Source: Candidatus Daviesbacteria bacterium (lineage in GTDB: Bacteria > Patescibacteriota > Microgenomatia > Daviesbacterales > UBA10151). Taken from it: a stretch of 64,000 nucleotides of DNA. The stretch's first letter is position 1; every line of letters starts with the position of its first letter. The DNA lies in contig JAQTZF010000001.1 in the NCBI GenBank assembly GCA_028687915.1, positions 930,634-994,633 on the forward strand. The letters run 5' to 3'. The notes beneath the pieces are model-generated. The model did not search any database, was not told the origin of the DNA, and saw only the letters and a program-made list of their open reading frames with translations. Both the position numbers and the translations under genes were made by a program. Positions 9,206-18,642 of this stretch are shown here, one piece after another.

Positions 9206-10186
9206 TTATTTATTAAAATACTCGTATACTGCTTTAGAAATTAAAGCTATTCTATCTTGAGCTCCAGTAGGACTTTCACTTTCAGACATAACCACAATAA
9301 TATAATCCCCTTTTTCAGAAAACACTATCCCGCTATCATGTTTAAACCAACCAATATCTCCTGTTTTATTAGCTAAAATAGCCTGTTCTGGTAAATATTT
9401 TGGTAATCCATCATCAAATGTTTGTGCTTTTAGTATATCCAACATCTCAGCAGTGCTGGCTTGATCAGCTAATTCACCTTTATATAACTTTTCCCAAAAT
9501 GAAGCTATATCAGAGGCACTGGATTTTGGTACATCTGTACCTTTTCCTACTGAAGAAGAGTTAAAGCCATTTTCTTTCAAAAAACTCTCAACAGAAGTAA
9601 CTTTAATTTTATCTGTTAAAAGCAAGGCAGCATAATTGTGGGAAATAGTAATCATCTGCTTTATTGCCTCCGTAACAGTCATATCTATACTGCCACTGGT
9701 TAATTCTGCATCTTCCGGACCAATACCAAATTTATGATTTAAATTCGGAATATCATCTGCTAAAAGTTCATCTTTAGGTAAAGTTCCTTCTTGGATTTTT
9801 TTATAAGCAACTGCCATTACCCATAACTTATAAAGACTTCCTGTTTCATAAAGATTGCTTTCATTCTTAAAATATGATTCACCAGTTTTAAGGTTTTTTA
9901 TTACTACTGAGTAATTCCCCTTGGATCCGGCCAATGCATTTTCTACCACATCCCCCAATGGACTTTTGATAATTTGATTATCCTGATTATTTATATCATT
10001 TGAATTTGCAGAAACAAATGGATCAATTAAACCAGAGGGACTACTCACACTGGCTTTTATAAAGAAGCTTGATATAAAAACTAGTAGACCTCCTACTAAC
10101 ATTAACATTACAAAATTCTGAAGTAATCTTCTCCTCTTCCTTCTTTGTCTTTTTATAAAAAATTTAGTTGCGAGGCGTCGTTCCAT
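9206..10186 (-). CDS. Membrane-anchored serine hydrolase, class A beta-lactamase-like fold
   Basis: SxxK (GSLYK), SxN (ISHN), KTG; polybasic N-terminus then a TM helix. Confidence 0.85.
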   Translation of the reverse strand: MERRLATKFFIKRQRRKRRRLLQNFVMLMLVGGLLVFISSFFIKASVSSPSGLIDPFVSANSNDINNQDNQIIKSPLGDVVENALAGSKGNYSVVIKNLKTGESYFKNESNLYETGSLYKLWVMAVAYKKIQEGTLPKDELLADDIPNLNHKFGIGPEDAELTSGSIDMTVTEAIKQMITISHNYAALLLTDKIKVTSVESFLKENGFNSSSVGKGTDVPKSSASDIASFWEKLYKGELADQASTAEMLDILKAQTFDDGLPKYLPEQAILANKTGDIGWFKHDSGIVFSEKGDYIIVVMSESESPTGAQDRIALISKAVYEYFNK

Positions 10187-10240
10187 TTTTTACCTTAAAA
10201 CATTCTAGCAGATGTAAAGTTAAAGGGTAAGTTTAAAAAA

Positions 10241-10918
10241 TTAGAATAAGTCCGGAAATGCCAATCTGATGGAATCAGGAACTTTTATTTGGTCAATTGA
10301 ACTCCCAACCATAAAAGCTGCTTTCACCTCTTTAAGCTTATTATTTGGAATAGTTAGCTTAAATTTCTCTCCAGCATTAATTCTTGAATTAACAAAAGAT
10401 TCAGCTTCACCTTTATATCGAAGGTCATCAAATCTCGGCCATTGGCTAAAATCTATATCATTATTGATGAATCCTGCTTCAAATTCCTTATAGATAGCGC
10501 TAGGGAAGAATAAGTTCAATTTAAGCCTCATTAAAGCATCTTTAATTACAAATCTTGGCTCATAGGGATGAGACCCGCTAAAACCTTTTACAAAATATTC
10601 AGCAGGTAAATCCTTGTCCCATTGAAAGTCGAGTATTAGATGATTAGCTGTAGTTTTAAACCTATCACCTAAAGAAAAAGGCTTAACTCTTCTAATATTT
10701 CTATTATATGGATTAAACATTATACTTCCATAAGCAGGCCTATTAAAAAGAATCATATTAAGTACAGGAGAACCTAGTTCTGGTAAAAAATCCTCTGCAT
10801 CTAGTACTATGCTGGATGTTTTACTTCCATGGATATCTGTTTCCATTGGAACACAAAAAGGTGAAAAAGGTTCACCTATTTTAACTCTTAAATGACTTTG
10901 AAACTGGTCTACACTCAT
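10241..10918 (-). CDS. Hypothetical protein (orphan)
   Basis: 225-aa ORF filling the gap; TTGACA promoter upstream; no recognised motif. Confidence 0.6.
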   Translation of the reverse strand: MSVDQFQSHLRVKIGEPFSPFCVPMETDIHGSKTSSIVLDAEDFLPELGSPVLNMILFNRPAYGSIMFNPYNRNIRRVKPFSLGDRFKTTANHLILDFQWDKDLPAEYFVKGFSGSHPYEPRFVIKDALMRLKLNLFFPSAIYKEFEAGFINNDIDFSQWPRFDDLRYKGEAESFVNSRINAGEKFKLTIPNNKLKEVKAAFMVGSSIDQIKVPDSIRLAFPDLF

Positions 10919-10998
10919 ATTTATGTTTTAAGTATGTGAAAATATAACCTATAATAAGCTACACTGTCAAGATATCTAAAGAATTAAACAAACAATTA

Positions 10999-11256
10999 TT
11001 ATTGTTGGTAGAAATATTTTAACCAGAGATTTTTAAAAACAGGTAGAGTTAATGTAGAAAGCATAAATCCAATTGCTGGAACAATAGCATTTAACCAGGG
11101 GTTTGAAACATTAATAGCATTAAGATAGAAACCTATAGCTAAATAGGTAAAAATCATCAAAACTATTCTTCTAAATAAACTTGTTTCCCAGGCTTTATCA
11201 ACCTCTGCCTTCTTATTTCTCTCTTTTATTTTTAAAATTTCTTCTTCTATATTCAT
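10999..11256 (-). CDS. Small two-TM membrane protein
   Basis: Likely start MNIEEE at 11256 (TGG-TATACT-6 nt-ATG); RNK..E.DKAWETS..RR motif then two TM helices. Confidence 0.7.
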   Translation of the reverse strand: MNIEEEILKIKERNKKAEVDKAWETSLFRRIVLMIFTYLAIGFYLNAINVSNPWLNAIVPAIGFMLSTLTLPVFKNLWLKYFYQQ

Positions 11257-11328
11257 ATTAAAAGTATACCAAAAACCTTGACAATTATGACCATTAAAAG
11301 TAAATTTCAAACACTAAATATTAAAGAT

Positions 11329-12270
11329 ATGAATTTAGAAACAGAAGCAGAAAGAAAAGAAGCATTTGTTAAGGTATACGGTGATAAATATGACTTTATA
11401 ACCAACCCATTTTCCGGACCCCACAAAACAGGGTTTGATCTTTGCACATTCGACACTGAAAATAACTATGCTTTATGGGTGAGCCGTGGTAACAATCCGG
11501 AGCTTCTTGCATACAGAGACTTCGCGATGGACCGAATTTTACCAATTCCTATTCAAAGAAAAAGATATTTTTCAGGTAAAAATTTAAATATGGCTTCCTC
11601 AGAAATTTCTTATCCCCAGGGTGATAACCTTATTGAATGGTACTTTTTGCTTGATCAGGAACAAAAATATTTGTCCTTTAAGAGGATAAATTTAATAATT
11701 TATACCTCCCGAGAGACAGGAAAAATTCCATTAATCAGATGTTCTTCTAGATCACGAGGCAAAGTCCCGGATAACATATTTATAACTAAAGATCCTCCAG
11801 AAAGTATTGTTACAAGTTACCAATCTGCTCCTAAATGGGTAAAAAGAGATGTTCCAAATTCCCTTTTTCTTTGTAAAGCTAATGATGCTCAAAACCCTCT
11901 TATGTTGGTTCATGATAATTATCAAGAAGAGAAACCATTTGGTTCTTTTCACATTGGAGAAAAATTTGAAAACAATGGACTATCAGTTTCTATCGGGCTT
12001 CCCGATAGTTTTCATTTTTTATTATCTATGATAAATAAAAATAGTAATTCTCATTTAGAACTAGATGCTCCCATTATTGGTTATTCTAAATTACATCAAG
12101 CCTTAGAAGGCAATTGGCAGGAATTTGCTTCTTTTCCCAGAAGATACCCTGTTAAATTTCAACTACATAAATCAAAACAAGCAGAGAGGCCTGGTAGAAC
12201 TATATCCAACCTTTTGAGCTTTTTAAAAAGAGCTTCAGCTCAATTGCTTACTAATAAGTTTACTGGTTGA
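11329..12270 (+). CDS. Hypothetical protein (orphan)
   Basis: Long ORF; the track's TTG start at 11278 is the TTGACA -35 box, so ATG 11329 is preferred. Confidence 0.6.
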   Translation: MNLETEAERKEAFVKVYGDKYDFITNPFSGPHKTGFDLCTFDTENNYALWVSRGNNPELLAYRDFAMDRILPIPIQRKRYFSGKNLNMASSEISYPQGDNLIEWYFLLDQEQKYLSFKRINLIIYTSRETGKIPLIRCSSRSRGKVPDNIFITKDPPESIVTSYQSAPKWVKRDVPNSLFLCKANDAQNPLMLVHDNYQEEKPFGSFHIGEKFENNGLSVSIGLPDSFHFLLSMINKNSNSHLELDAPIIGYSKLHQALEGNWQEFASFPRRYPVKFQLHKSKQAERPGRTISNLLSFLKRASAQLLTNKFTG

Positions 12271-12666
12271 GTATCCACCTACTCGTGGTGTAACAATTAT
12301 AACTTTTGCATTAACTAATTTAGCTGCTCTTTTTTTATATTCAATGTTTGAATCCCCTTTGGTAGTAGCAATAAAATCTGGTTTAATTTTTTTTACCAAC
12401 AAATCAAACCTGTTGTTATTCATATTGCTTGGTAATGAAATTACCTCATCTACATATTTTAATGATGATAAAACTTCTGCTCTTATTTTTTGAGAATTTA
12501 TTGGTCTACCCTCACCTTTCATCTGACTTATGCGTTTATCGCTTTCTAATAAAACAATTAATTTATCACCCAAAGCTTTGGCTTTTTTTAAAAATCTAAT
12601 GTGGCCAACATGCAAAATATCAAAACATCCACCCACTAAAACAATTTTTTCTGAAGAGTCTTTCAT
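12235..12666 (-). CDS. Cytidylyltransferase-family nucleotidyltransferase (RibL/RfaE-II/TagD-like)
   Basis: GCFDILHVGH (HIGH), KGEGRPI, YVDEV, YSTSKLI. Confidence 0.85.
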   Translation of the reverse strand: MKDSSEKIVLVGGCFDILHVGHIRFLKKAKALGDKLIVLLESDKRISQMKGEGRPINSQKIRAEVLSSLKYVDEVISLPSNMNNNRFDLLVKKIKPDFIATTKGDSNIEYKKRAAKLVNAKVIIVTPRVGGYSTSKLISKQLS

Positions 12667-12697
12667 GGCTAAGATTATACAACAAAGCTTACTTCAT

Positions 12698-12958
12698 TTG
12701 CTTTATATCTTATAATATGCTACACTACATGAAGTTGATTTAAAAACTCGAGCTATTCGAAGTATTATTTCCTTTTTTACTGTTGGTTTTTTATACAGTC
12801 GCTATATGGTTAGCAGGATTAAATTTTTGATAGTAGCTCCTAAATCCTGTTAATTAATTTCTCAAGATTTATATTTTTTTCTTCAATCAGAATTGTCCTG
12901 TGCAGTAATGTTTTTATACACAGAACACAGGATAAATCGCAATAAATTTTTTAAAATT
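12698..12958 (+). promoter_or_regulatory. Promoter and long structured 5' leader of the DEAD-box helicase gene
   Basis: TTGCTT(12698)-17-TACACT(12721) with extended TG; stems 12810-12820/12843-12853 and 12893-12902/12926-12935. Confidence 0.5.
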
Positions 12959-14185
12959 ATGTATCAAAATCGTTATAATTCAAATAGATCAAATAACAGG
13001 CCTTCTTATGGAGGTTCCTCACGTTACCCAAGAAGACAAAACAGTGGTTATGGTAATCAAGCACGAAAATCCAGCTTAGGCAACAACATCAGCCTATTTA
13101 TTAAAAAAGCAGAACCCTTAATGGAAGAGGTTGGAGAGAATGTTACTCACACCAGTTTTAACGATTTTGAAATAATTGATGCATTAAAACAAAATATCTT
13201 AGCCAAGGGCTATGATGTTCCTACTCCAATTCAAGACCAGGCAATTGATCCAATTTTAGAAGGCAGGGATTTAATAGGATTAGCTAATACCGGAACCGGT
13301 AAAACAGCAGCTTTTTTAATTCCGCTTATTAATAAAATATATAAAGATAGAACACAAGGTGCTTTGATTGTTGTTCCAACCAGGGAATTAGCTGTTCAAA
13401 TTTTAGAAGAATTTAGAAGTTTAACTTTAGATATGAAGATATCATCTGCTTTGGCAATTGGTGGATCAAATTTAGAAAGACAAATCAGAGATGTTAAAAG
13501 AGTACCTCATGTTGTGATTGGAACCCCAGGAAGATTAAAAGATTTGATTGAAAGAAGAGCCTTAGACCTTTCTGATTACTCTACTTTTATCCTTGATGAA
13601 GTAGATTTAATGGTTGATATTGGCTTTATTGCTGATGTTAAATACTTTGTATCTCTTTTACCAGAAGTTAGACAATCACTCTTCTTTTCAGCAACTATCT
13701 CACCAAAGATTCAGGAAATTATCAGGATTTTTGTTAACGACCCAGTAACTATTTCTGTTAAGACCACAGATACATCCAAAAATATTGACCAAGATGTAGT
13801 TTTAGTAGAAAATGGCGCAAAGAAAATCGAGCAATTACATGACCTTTTAATTAAAGATGGTTTTGATAAAGTGTTAATCTTTGGCAGAACTAAAAGGGGT
13901 GTTGAAACTTTAAACAGAGAACTTGAAACCAGAGGATTTAGAGTTGGGGCAATTCATGGTAATAAAACACAAGGGTATAGACAAAGAATATTACAAAGCT
14001 TTAAACAAGATGAAATTCAAATTCTTTTAGCAACAGATGTTGCTGCCAGAGGCTTGGATATTCCAAATGTTTCTCATGTTATAAACTATGAATTACCAGA
14101 AACTTATGAAGATTATATTCACAGAATTGGTAGAACTGGAAGAGCTGGAAAAGTTGGTTCTGCTTTAACTTTTGTCAGCAGATAA
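12959..14185 (+). CDS. DEAD-box RNA helicase
   Basis: Q motif PTPIQ, TGTGKT, PTRELA, TPGRL, DEVD, SAT, ARGLD, HRIGRTGR; R/S/G/N-rich N-terminus; ATG 12959 preferred. Confidence 0.95.
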   Translation: MYQNRYNSNRSNNRPSYGGSSRYPRRQNSGYGNQARKSSLGNNISLFIKKAEPLMEEVGENVTHTSFNDFEIIDALKQNILAKGYDVPTPIQDQAIDPILEGRDLIGLANTGTGKTAAFLIPLINKIYKDRTQGALIVVPTRELAVQILEEFRSLTLDMKISSALAIGGSNLERQIRDVKRVPHVVIGTPGRLKDLIERRALDLSDYSTFILDEVDLMVDIGFIADVKYFVSLLPEVRQSLFFSATISPKIQEIIRIFVNDPVTISVKTTDTSKNIDQDVVLVENGAKKIEQLHDLLIKDGFDKVLIFGRTKRGVETLNRELETRGFRVGAIHGNKTQGYRQRILQSFKQDEIQILLATDVAARGLDIPNVSHVINYELPETYEDYIHRIGRTGRAGKVGSALTFVSR

Positions 14186-14187
14186 GA

Positions 14188-14520
14188 TCATTCAATATCC
14201 ATCAATTCAACTTCAAAGATTAGTGTAGCATTTGGTGGAATAACACCACCTGCTCCTGATTCTCCATAAGCTAGGGAGCTTGGAATAGTTAATTTTCTTT
14301 TTCCACCTTTTTTCATACCAATTACACCCATATCCCAACCTTCTATCACCTGTCCTACACCAATTCTGGTTTTAAAGGGATCTCCTCTATCATAAGAGCT
14401 ATCAAATTTTGTACCATTTTCCAAGGTTCCCAGGTAATGAATAGAGATATAATCTCCACCTTTTACTTCTTCCCCTTTCCCCACCTCTATATCTTCTACT
14501 ATTAGTTTTGAATTACTCAT
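14188..14520 (-). CDS. FKBP-type peptidyl-prolyl isomerase
   Basis: HYLGTL..G.KFDSS, VIEGWD, LAYG, IPPNATLIFEVEL. Confidence 0.95.
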   Translation of the reverse strand: MSNSKLIVEDIEVGKGEEVKGGDYISIHYLGTLENGTKFDSSYDRGDPFKTRIGVGQVIEGWDMGVIGMKKGGKRKLTIPSSLAYGESGAGGVIPPNATLIFEVELMDIE

Positions 14521-14521
14521 A

Positions 14522-16021
14522 TTAATCAATTATATCAGGTTGATCTTTGGCTTGTGCCTGAGCAAGTTCTGTATCAAGTTCTTGTCCAACTTTATCTAAC
14601 AATGGTTCTTCCTTATGTGAAGTACGCAACGGTATTTCTTTAAGGAAAAGGGTGGAAAAGGAGGCAATACTTAACAGGATTGCTGCAGCTAAAAAAACCG
14701 GAGATAAGGAATTTGCAAAAGCAATATTTTTAGGTAATACTGATAAATTTTTTGAAAGTCCTGAATTTAATAAACTCCCTAAAAGAGCAATTCCTACTGT
14801 TCCTCCAATGCTTCTAAAAAGCTGAATAGAGGAAGTAACTACTCCTAATTTACTGTGTTCAAAAGCATTTTGCACAATAACAGTAAACACAGGCATAGCT
14901 GCCCCCATTCCAAAACCAAGAAAAATCATTCTCAAGGTTAGACTTAATTCTGATGTTTGAGTATTCATTTGTGATAGTAAAACCATTCCAATTGTTGCAA
15001 CAACCAAACCAGCAATGGTAACCATTTTATATCTTCCGGTACTTGATACAATCCTTCCTCCAATAATACCTGTTATCACTTGAGCAATTACCATTGGTGT
15101 CATCAAGCTTCCGGAAGAAACAGCACTAATACCTAAAGCATTTTGCGCAAATAATGGAATATATAAAGCAGCTCCAAACATACCTACTCCAAATAGAAAG
15201 GAAGCAAAAATAGAAACTGAAAAAATAGAATTTTTAAAAAGACTTAGCGGGATTATTGGTTCTTTAGTTCTTTGCTCAATGAAACAAAATATTACTAAAA
15301 AGATAACTGCAAAAATAAGCAATCCAATAATCTGAACAGAGTTCCAGGGATATTCAGTTCCACCCCACACAAGTCCTAAAAGAAGAGTAACCAGACCCAG
15401 AGCAAGTGTTAATGCTCCAAAGTAATCAATTGAACGTTCTTTAATAGAAGGTATAATTTTAGGGATCAAAAAACCAATTGCAAGCAATGCCAAAATACCA
15501 ACAGGAATATTAATATAAAAATTCCACCTCCAGGAAATAGTATCAGTAATAAACCCTCCTAAAATTGGACCAACGATTGAGGCAAGTCCAAAAGTTCCTC
15601 CTAATACTCCCTGCCACTTACCTCTCTCCCGGGGTGTAAAAAGATCTCCTACTATAGCAAAAGCATTTGCCATAATTGCTCCTCCACCAATTCCCTGTAA
15701 ACTACGGAAGACTATCAATTGCATCATGTCTTGGGATAAACCGGAAAGCACTGAACCAAGCATAAAAATAACAATGCCTGCAAAGAAAAACCATTTTCTA
15801 CCATATATATCGGATAATTTTCCATAAATTGGTACAGTCACAGTGGAAGCTAACATGTAAGCTGTAAAAACCCAGGATAAATGATTTAAACCACCAAGTT
15901 CTTTCACAATAGTAGGCATTGCTGTTCCCACAATAGTTGAATCCAAAGCCGCCACAAAGATGGCTAAAAGCACCCCAATCATAATTAAACCTTTTTGTTG
16001 TTTTGAAATATCAGCTAACAT
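14522..16021 (-). CDS. MFS drug:H+ antiporter (DHA2, EmrB/QacA-like)
   Basis: ALDSTIV.TAMP, GKLSDIYGRK, WRWNFYINIP; about 14 TM helices. Confidence 0.92.
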   Translation of the reverse strand: MLADISKQQKGLIMIGVLLAIFVAALDSTIVGTAMPTIVKELGGLNHLSWVFTAYMLASTVTVPIYGKLSDIYGRKWFFFAGIVIFMLGSVLSGLSQDMMQLIVFRSLQGIGGGAIMANAFAIVGDLFTPRERGKWQGVLGGTFGLASIVGPILGGFITDTISWRWNFYINIPVGILALLAIGFLIPKIIPSIKERSIDYFGALTLALGLVTLLLGLVWGGTEYPWNSVQIIGLLIFAVIFLVIFCFIEQRTKEPIIPLSLFKNSIFSVSIFASFLFGVGMFGAALYIPLFAQNALGISAVSSGSLMTPMVIAQVITGIIGGRIVSSTGRYKMVTIAGLVVATIGMVLLSQMNTQTSELSLTLRMIFLGFGMGAAMPVFTVIVQNAFEHSKLGVVTSSIQLFRSIGGTVGIALLGSLLNSGLSKNLSVLPKNIAFANSLSPVFLAAAILLSIASFSTLFLKEIPLRTSHKEEPLLDKVGQELDTELAQAQAKDQPDIID

Positions 16022-16052
16022 AATTTGTATTGCAAAGATTTATTGTAACCCA

Positions 16053-16096
16053 ATTTTACAACTTTTGAAAAGAGTATAAATGTAAATAGCCTTACA
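16053..16096 (-). promoter_or_regulatory. Perfect TGTAA-N6-TTACA palindrome (16081-16096) upstream of -10 TAAAAT (16053-16058) of the MFS gene
   Basis: tgtaa-atagcc-ttaca; 23 nt from the GTA-N8-TAC core to the -10. Confidence 0.5.
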
Positions 16097-16113
16097 AGAG
16101 GTAAGAGGAAAAA

Positions 16114-16160
16114 ATACCGGGGATTGAAATTTAGGCAGTAAACATCAATCACACCGGTAT
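16114..16160. terminator. Imperfect stem-loop after the zinc-ribbon gene
   Basis: ataccgg-g-gattga ... tcaatc-aca-ccggtat, flanked by A and T runs. Confidence 0.5.
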
Positions 16161-16165
16161 AATTT

Positions 16166-16516
16166 TTAGCTAAGCCACATTTTGTGACTGTCATCACCTG
16201 TGGAACAAAAAACACCTTCCCACTTAGTGCCATTCTTTCGGTATCCAGTTCTTCTTTTTGCTGGAGCACCACAAGCTTCACAAGTTGCATTAGAATCAGC
16301 AGTGACTTTTTTTGTGTTGGAAACACCAATCTCTTTACCTTCTGGATTCCAACCTTTTAGTAAAGCTGCTTTTTCAAATGCCTCAAATTTCCGCATTAAT
16401 TTTTCTCCAGAAAAATCTCTAAGAGTAAATAAAAGATGGAAACCTTTTTCAGTTATTATTCTAACCGTCACAGAAGCAGGAGCTTCTGGTAAACTAACAC
16501 TCATATCCTTATCCAA
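16166..16516 (-). CDS. Small protein with C-terminal putative zinc ribbon
   Basis: SD AAGGAGGTGA favours TTG 16516 (or ATG 16504); CEAC...FCS....H; own TTGACA-17-TATAAT promoter (16585-16613). Confidence 0.65.
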   Translation of the reverse strand: MDKDMSVSLPEAPASVTVRIITEKGFHLLFTLRDFSGEKLMRKFEAFEKAALLKGWNPEGKEIGVSNTKKVTADSNATCEACGAPAKRRTGYRKNGTKWEGVFCSTGDDSHKMWLS

Positions 16517-16625
16517 ATTTATCACCTCCTTACCTACATATTTAACAATTTCAGACTTTAAGCACAACCAAATAAAACACGAACATTATAGTGAAATTGA
16601 AGCTAAATGTCAACCATTAGAGGTG

Positions 16626-17096
16626 TTATGGATTAAGTAAAACTATGCTTAAATTTAAAATTGTAGCAAATGTTACCCAGGCTAAATAAGGGTAAAGCAA
16701 CAAGGCTGCTGTTTTATTTATTTGTTGAAAATTTTGAATAGTTTTTAAAATTAAAAACCACATTAAAATTATTGTTACCAATCCCCCTATTGGTGAGCGA
16801 TAACCAAAGAAAATAATAGACCAGAATGAGTTTACCCCCAACTGAGCCAGGAAAAGTTTAATCCCCATCTTTTTATTTTTTGCAGTATTTGATTCCCACA
16901 CCAAATATAAAGAAACTCCCATTAAAAAATAAAGAATAGTCCAAACAGGCCCAAAAATAAAGTTAGGAGGGCTAAAGGGAGGTTTGTTTAAAGTAGCATA
17001 CCAGGTTGGGATTGACTGAATAGTAAAAAACGATCCTAAGATACCTGCTCCTTCACAAAGAAGTATCGAAGCAACAAACTTAAATACCTTGGGCAT
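16626..17096 (-). CDS. tspO: TspO/MBR tryptophan-rich sensory protein
   Basis: WYATLNKPPFSPP..FGPVWTILY, WSIIFFG, PYLAWVTFA. Confidence 0.93.
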   Translation of the reverse strand: MPKVFKFVASILLCEGAGILGSFFTIQSIPTWYATLNKPPFSPPNFIFGPVWTILYFLMGVSLYLVWESNTAKNKKMGIKLFLAQLGVNSFWSIIFFGYRSPIGGLVTIILMWFLILKTIQNFQQINKTAALLLYPYLAWVTFATILNLSIVLLNP

Positions 17097-17105
17097 AGTT
17101 TAATA

Positions 17106-18188
17106 CTAAACTATTATTTTGGATTTTGCACCAATGAAAAAGCTAACCTTTTTAGATTGCTTCTCTGTATTTATAATTTCACTACCTGGACCTATTAAAC
17201 TGGAATCTATTTGATCAGGATAATTCTTAATAAGAACCTCATTCATTAAAATACTATTTTCAATACGGGCTCCCTCAACCTTACTATCACTTGATATTGC
17301 AGTAAAAGGACCAATAAATGAATCTTTAATCATGACATTATCACCTATAACTACCGGTCCTTTAATTTGAGTGTTTTCAATAATACAATTTTTTCCAATA
17401 TGTGCATTATTTTCAATTGTGGTATCAGACCCAACCTCACACTCTATTTTATCTTCAGTTACTTCCCTCTCCAACATAAACTGATTAGCTTCCATCCAAT
17501 CATCAAACTTACCAGGATCCAACCATTTACCTTTATACTCAACCACATCAACCCTCATTCCCTGATCTATCATCCATTGAAATGCAGCTGGAATTTCATA
17601 TTCCCCACGGGCTGAAGGCACAATTGCTTCTGTACCTTTAAAACATTTAAAAAAGTTGCTGTCTCCAAAATATAATCCTGGTACAGCAAAATCGTGTGGA
17701 GGATTTTCCGGCTTTTCAACATATTTGGTTAACCTGCCGCTATCATCAAAATAAGGCACACCCATTCTTTTATTTTCAGAATGATGCAGCATGGTGACCA
17801 AACCATTTGGCTTTTTCTCTTCAAAATAATCTACAGCTTCTTTTATTCCATCAACAAAAATATTATCTCCTAAATGAAATACAAAGCTCTCTCCTGCTAA
17901 AAATTCTTCACAAACTTGTACTATATTAGCTAAACCTATTGGTTTTTCCTGTAAGATATAAGTAATCTTTACTCCCCACCTACTCCCATCACCCAGGATG
18001 CTTTGTGCTTCTTCTAAATACCCTGGATTATAGGTAACACCTATTTCTTTAATCCCTGCTGCAATTACTGTTTCTACAGGATAAAAGATTAAGGGTTTGC
18101 CACCAATAGGAATAAAGTGTTTGTTTAGAGAAAAAGTTAGAGGCTGCATTCTGGTACCCCTGCCTCCTGTTGGAATAATTGCTTTCAT
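17106..18188 (-). CDS. Glucose-1-phosphate thymidylyltransferase, long form with beta-helix tail
   Basis: GGRGTRMQPLT, LGDN, EKP, SARGEYEI, WLDPG; hexapeptide repeats. Confidence 0.88.
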   Translation of the reverse strand: MKAIIPTGGRGTRMQPLTFSLNKHFIPIGGKPLIFYPVETVIAAGIKEIGVTYNPGYLEEAQSILGDGSRWGVKITYILQEKPIGLANIVQVCEEFLAGESFVFHLGDNIFVDGIKEAVDYFEEKKPNGLVTMLHHSENKRMGVPYFDDSGRLTKYVEKPENPPHDFAVPGLYFGDSNFFKCFKGTEAIVPSARGEYEIPAAFQWMIDQGMRVDVVEYKGKWLDPGKFDDWMEANQFMLEREVTEDKIECEVGSDTTIENNAHIGKNCIIENTQIKGPVVIGDNVMIKDSFIGPFTAISSDSKVEGARIENSILMNEVLIKNYPDQIDSSLIGPGSEIINTEKQSKKVSFFIGAKSKIIV

Positions 18189-18274
18189 AAGTTTACTAAA
18201 CTATTTTTGATTATAGTAATGTATTCATAAAATGTCTACAGACCAACTGCTAATTAATTTGATATACTATTTAT

Positions 18275-18640
18275 ATGAGTCCTAAAAAGTTAGCCCGTTC
18301 TTTTCTTTATGCTTTTCAAGGGTTCTATTCAGCAATTAAAACAGAAACTAACTGGGCAATTGGTATAGTGGAAGCTATTTTGGTTATTGTCGCAGGCTTG
18401 TATTTTAATATTACCAGTACAGAATGGGTGCTGGTTATTTTAATCATTGGTGTTGTTTTGTCTTCAGAGCTTTGCAATAGTGCAATCGAAGCAATAGTCG
18501 ACTCATTTGTAACAACAGAACACCCTAAAGCCAAAATTGCTAAAGATTTTGCTGCAGGCCAGTCTGTAATTGTAGTTTTAGCAGCAGCTATTTCCGGGTC
18601 TATAATTTTCCGCCCTTATATTGAGAGTTTATTTAGGTAA
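18275..18640 (+). CDS. dgkA: DgkA family undecaprenol/diacylglycerol kinase
   Basis: SF.YAFQG, ELCNSAIEAIVD, AKIAKDFAAG. Confidence 0.9.
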   Translation: MSPKKLARSFLYAFQGFYSAIKTETNWAIGIVEAILVIVAGLYFNITSTEWVLVILIIGVVLSSELCNSAIEAIVDSFVTTEHPKAKIAKDFAAGQSVIVVLAAAISGSIIFRPYIESLFR

Positions 18641-18642
18641 GT

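Noticed and set aside
9206-10186. Possible antibiotic-resistance beta-lactamase
   Set aside because: Membrane-anchored, with no recognisable class A omega-loop E166 motif; more likely a peptidoglycan-related serine hydrolase.
16087-16099. 13-nt match tagccttacaaga to the RAYT 3' REP (19953-19965)
   Set aside because: The second REP arm is absent and the sequence is explained by the TGTAA-N6-TTACA box; probably chance, though not excluded.
16015-16640. ORFs 16015-16329 (-) and 16200-16640 (+)
   Set aside because: Overlap the SD- and promoter-supported 16166-16516 gene in other frames.
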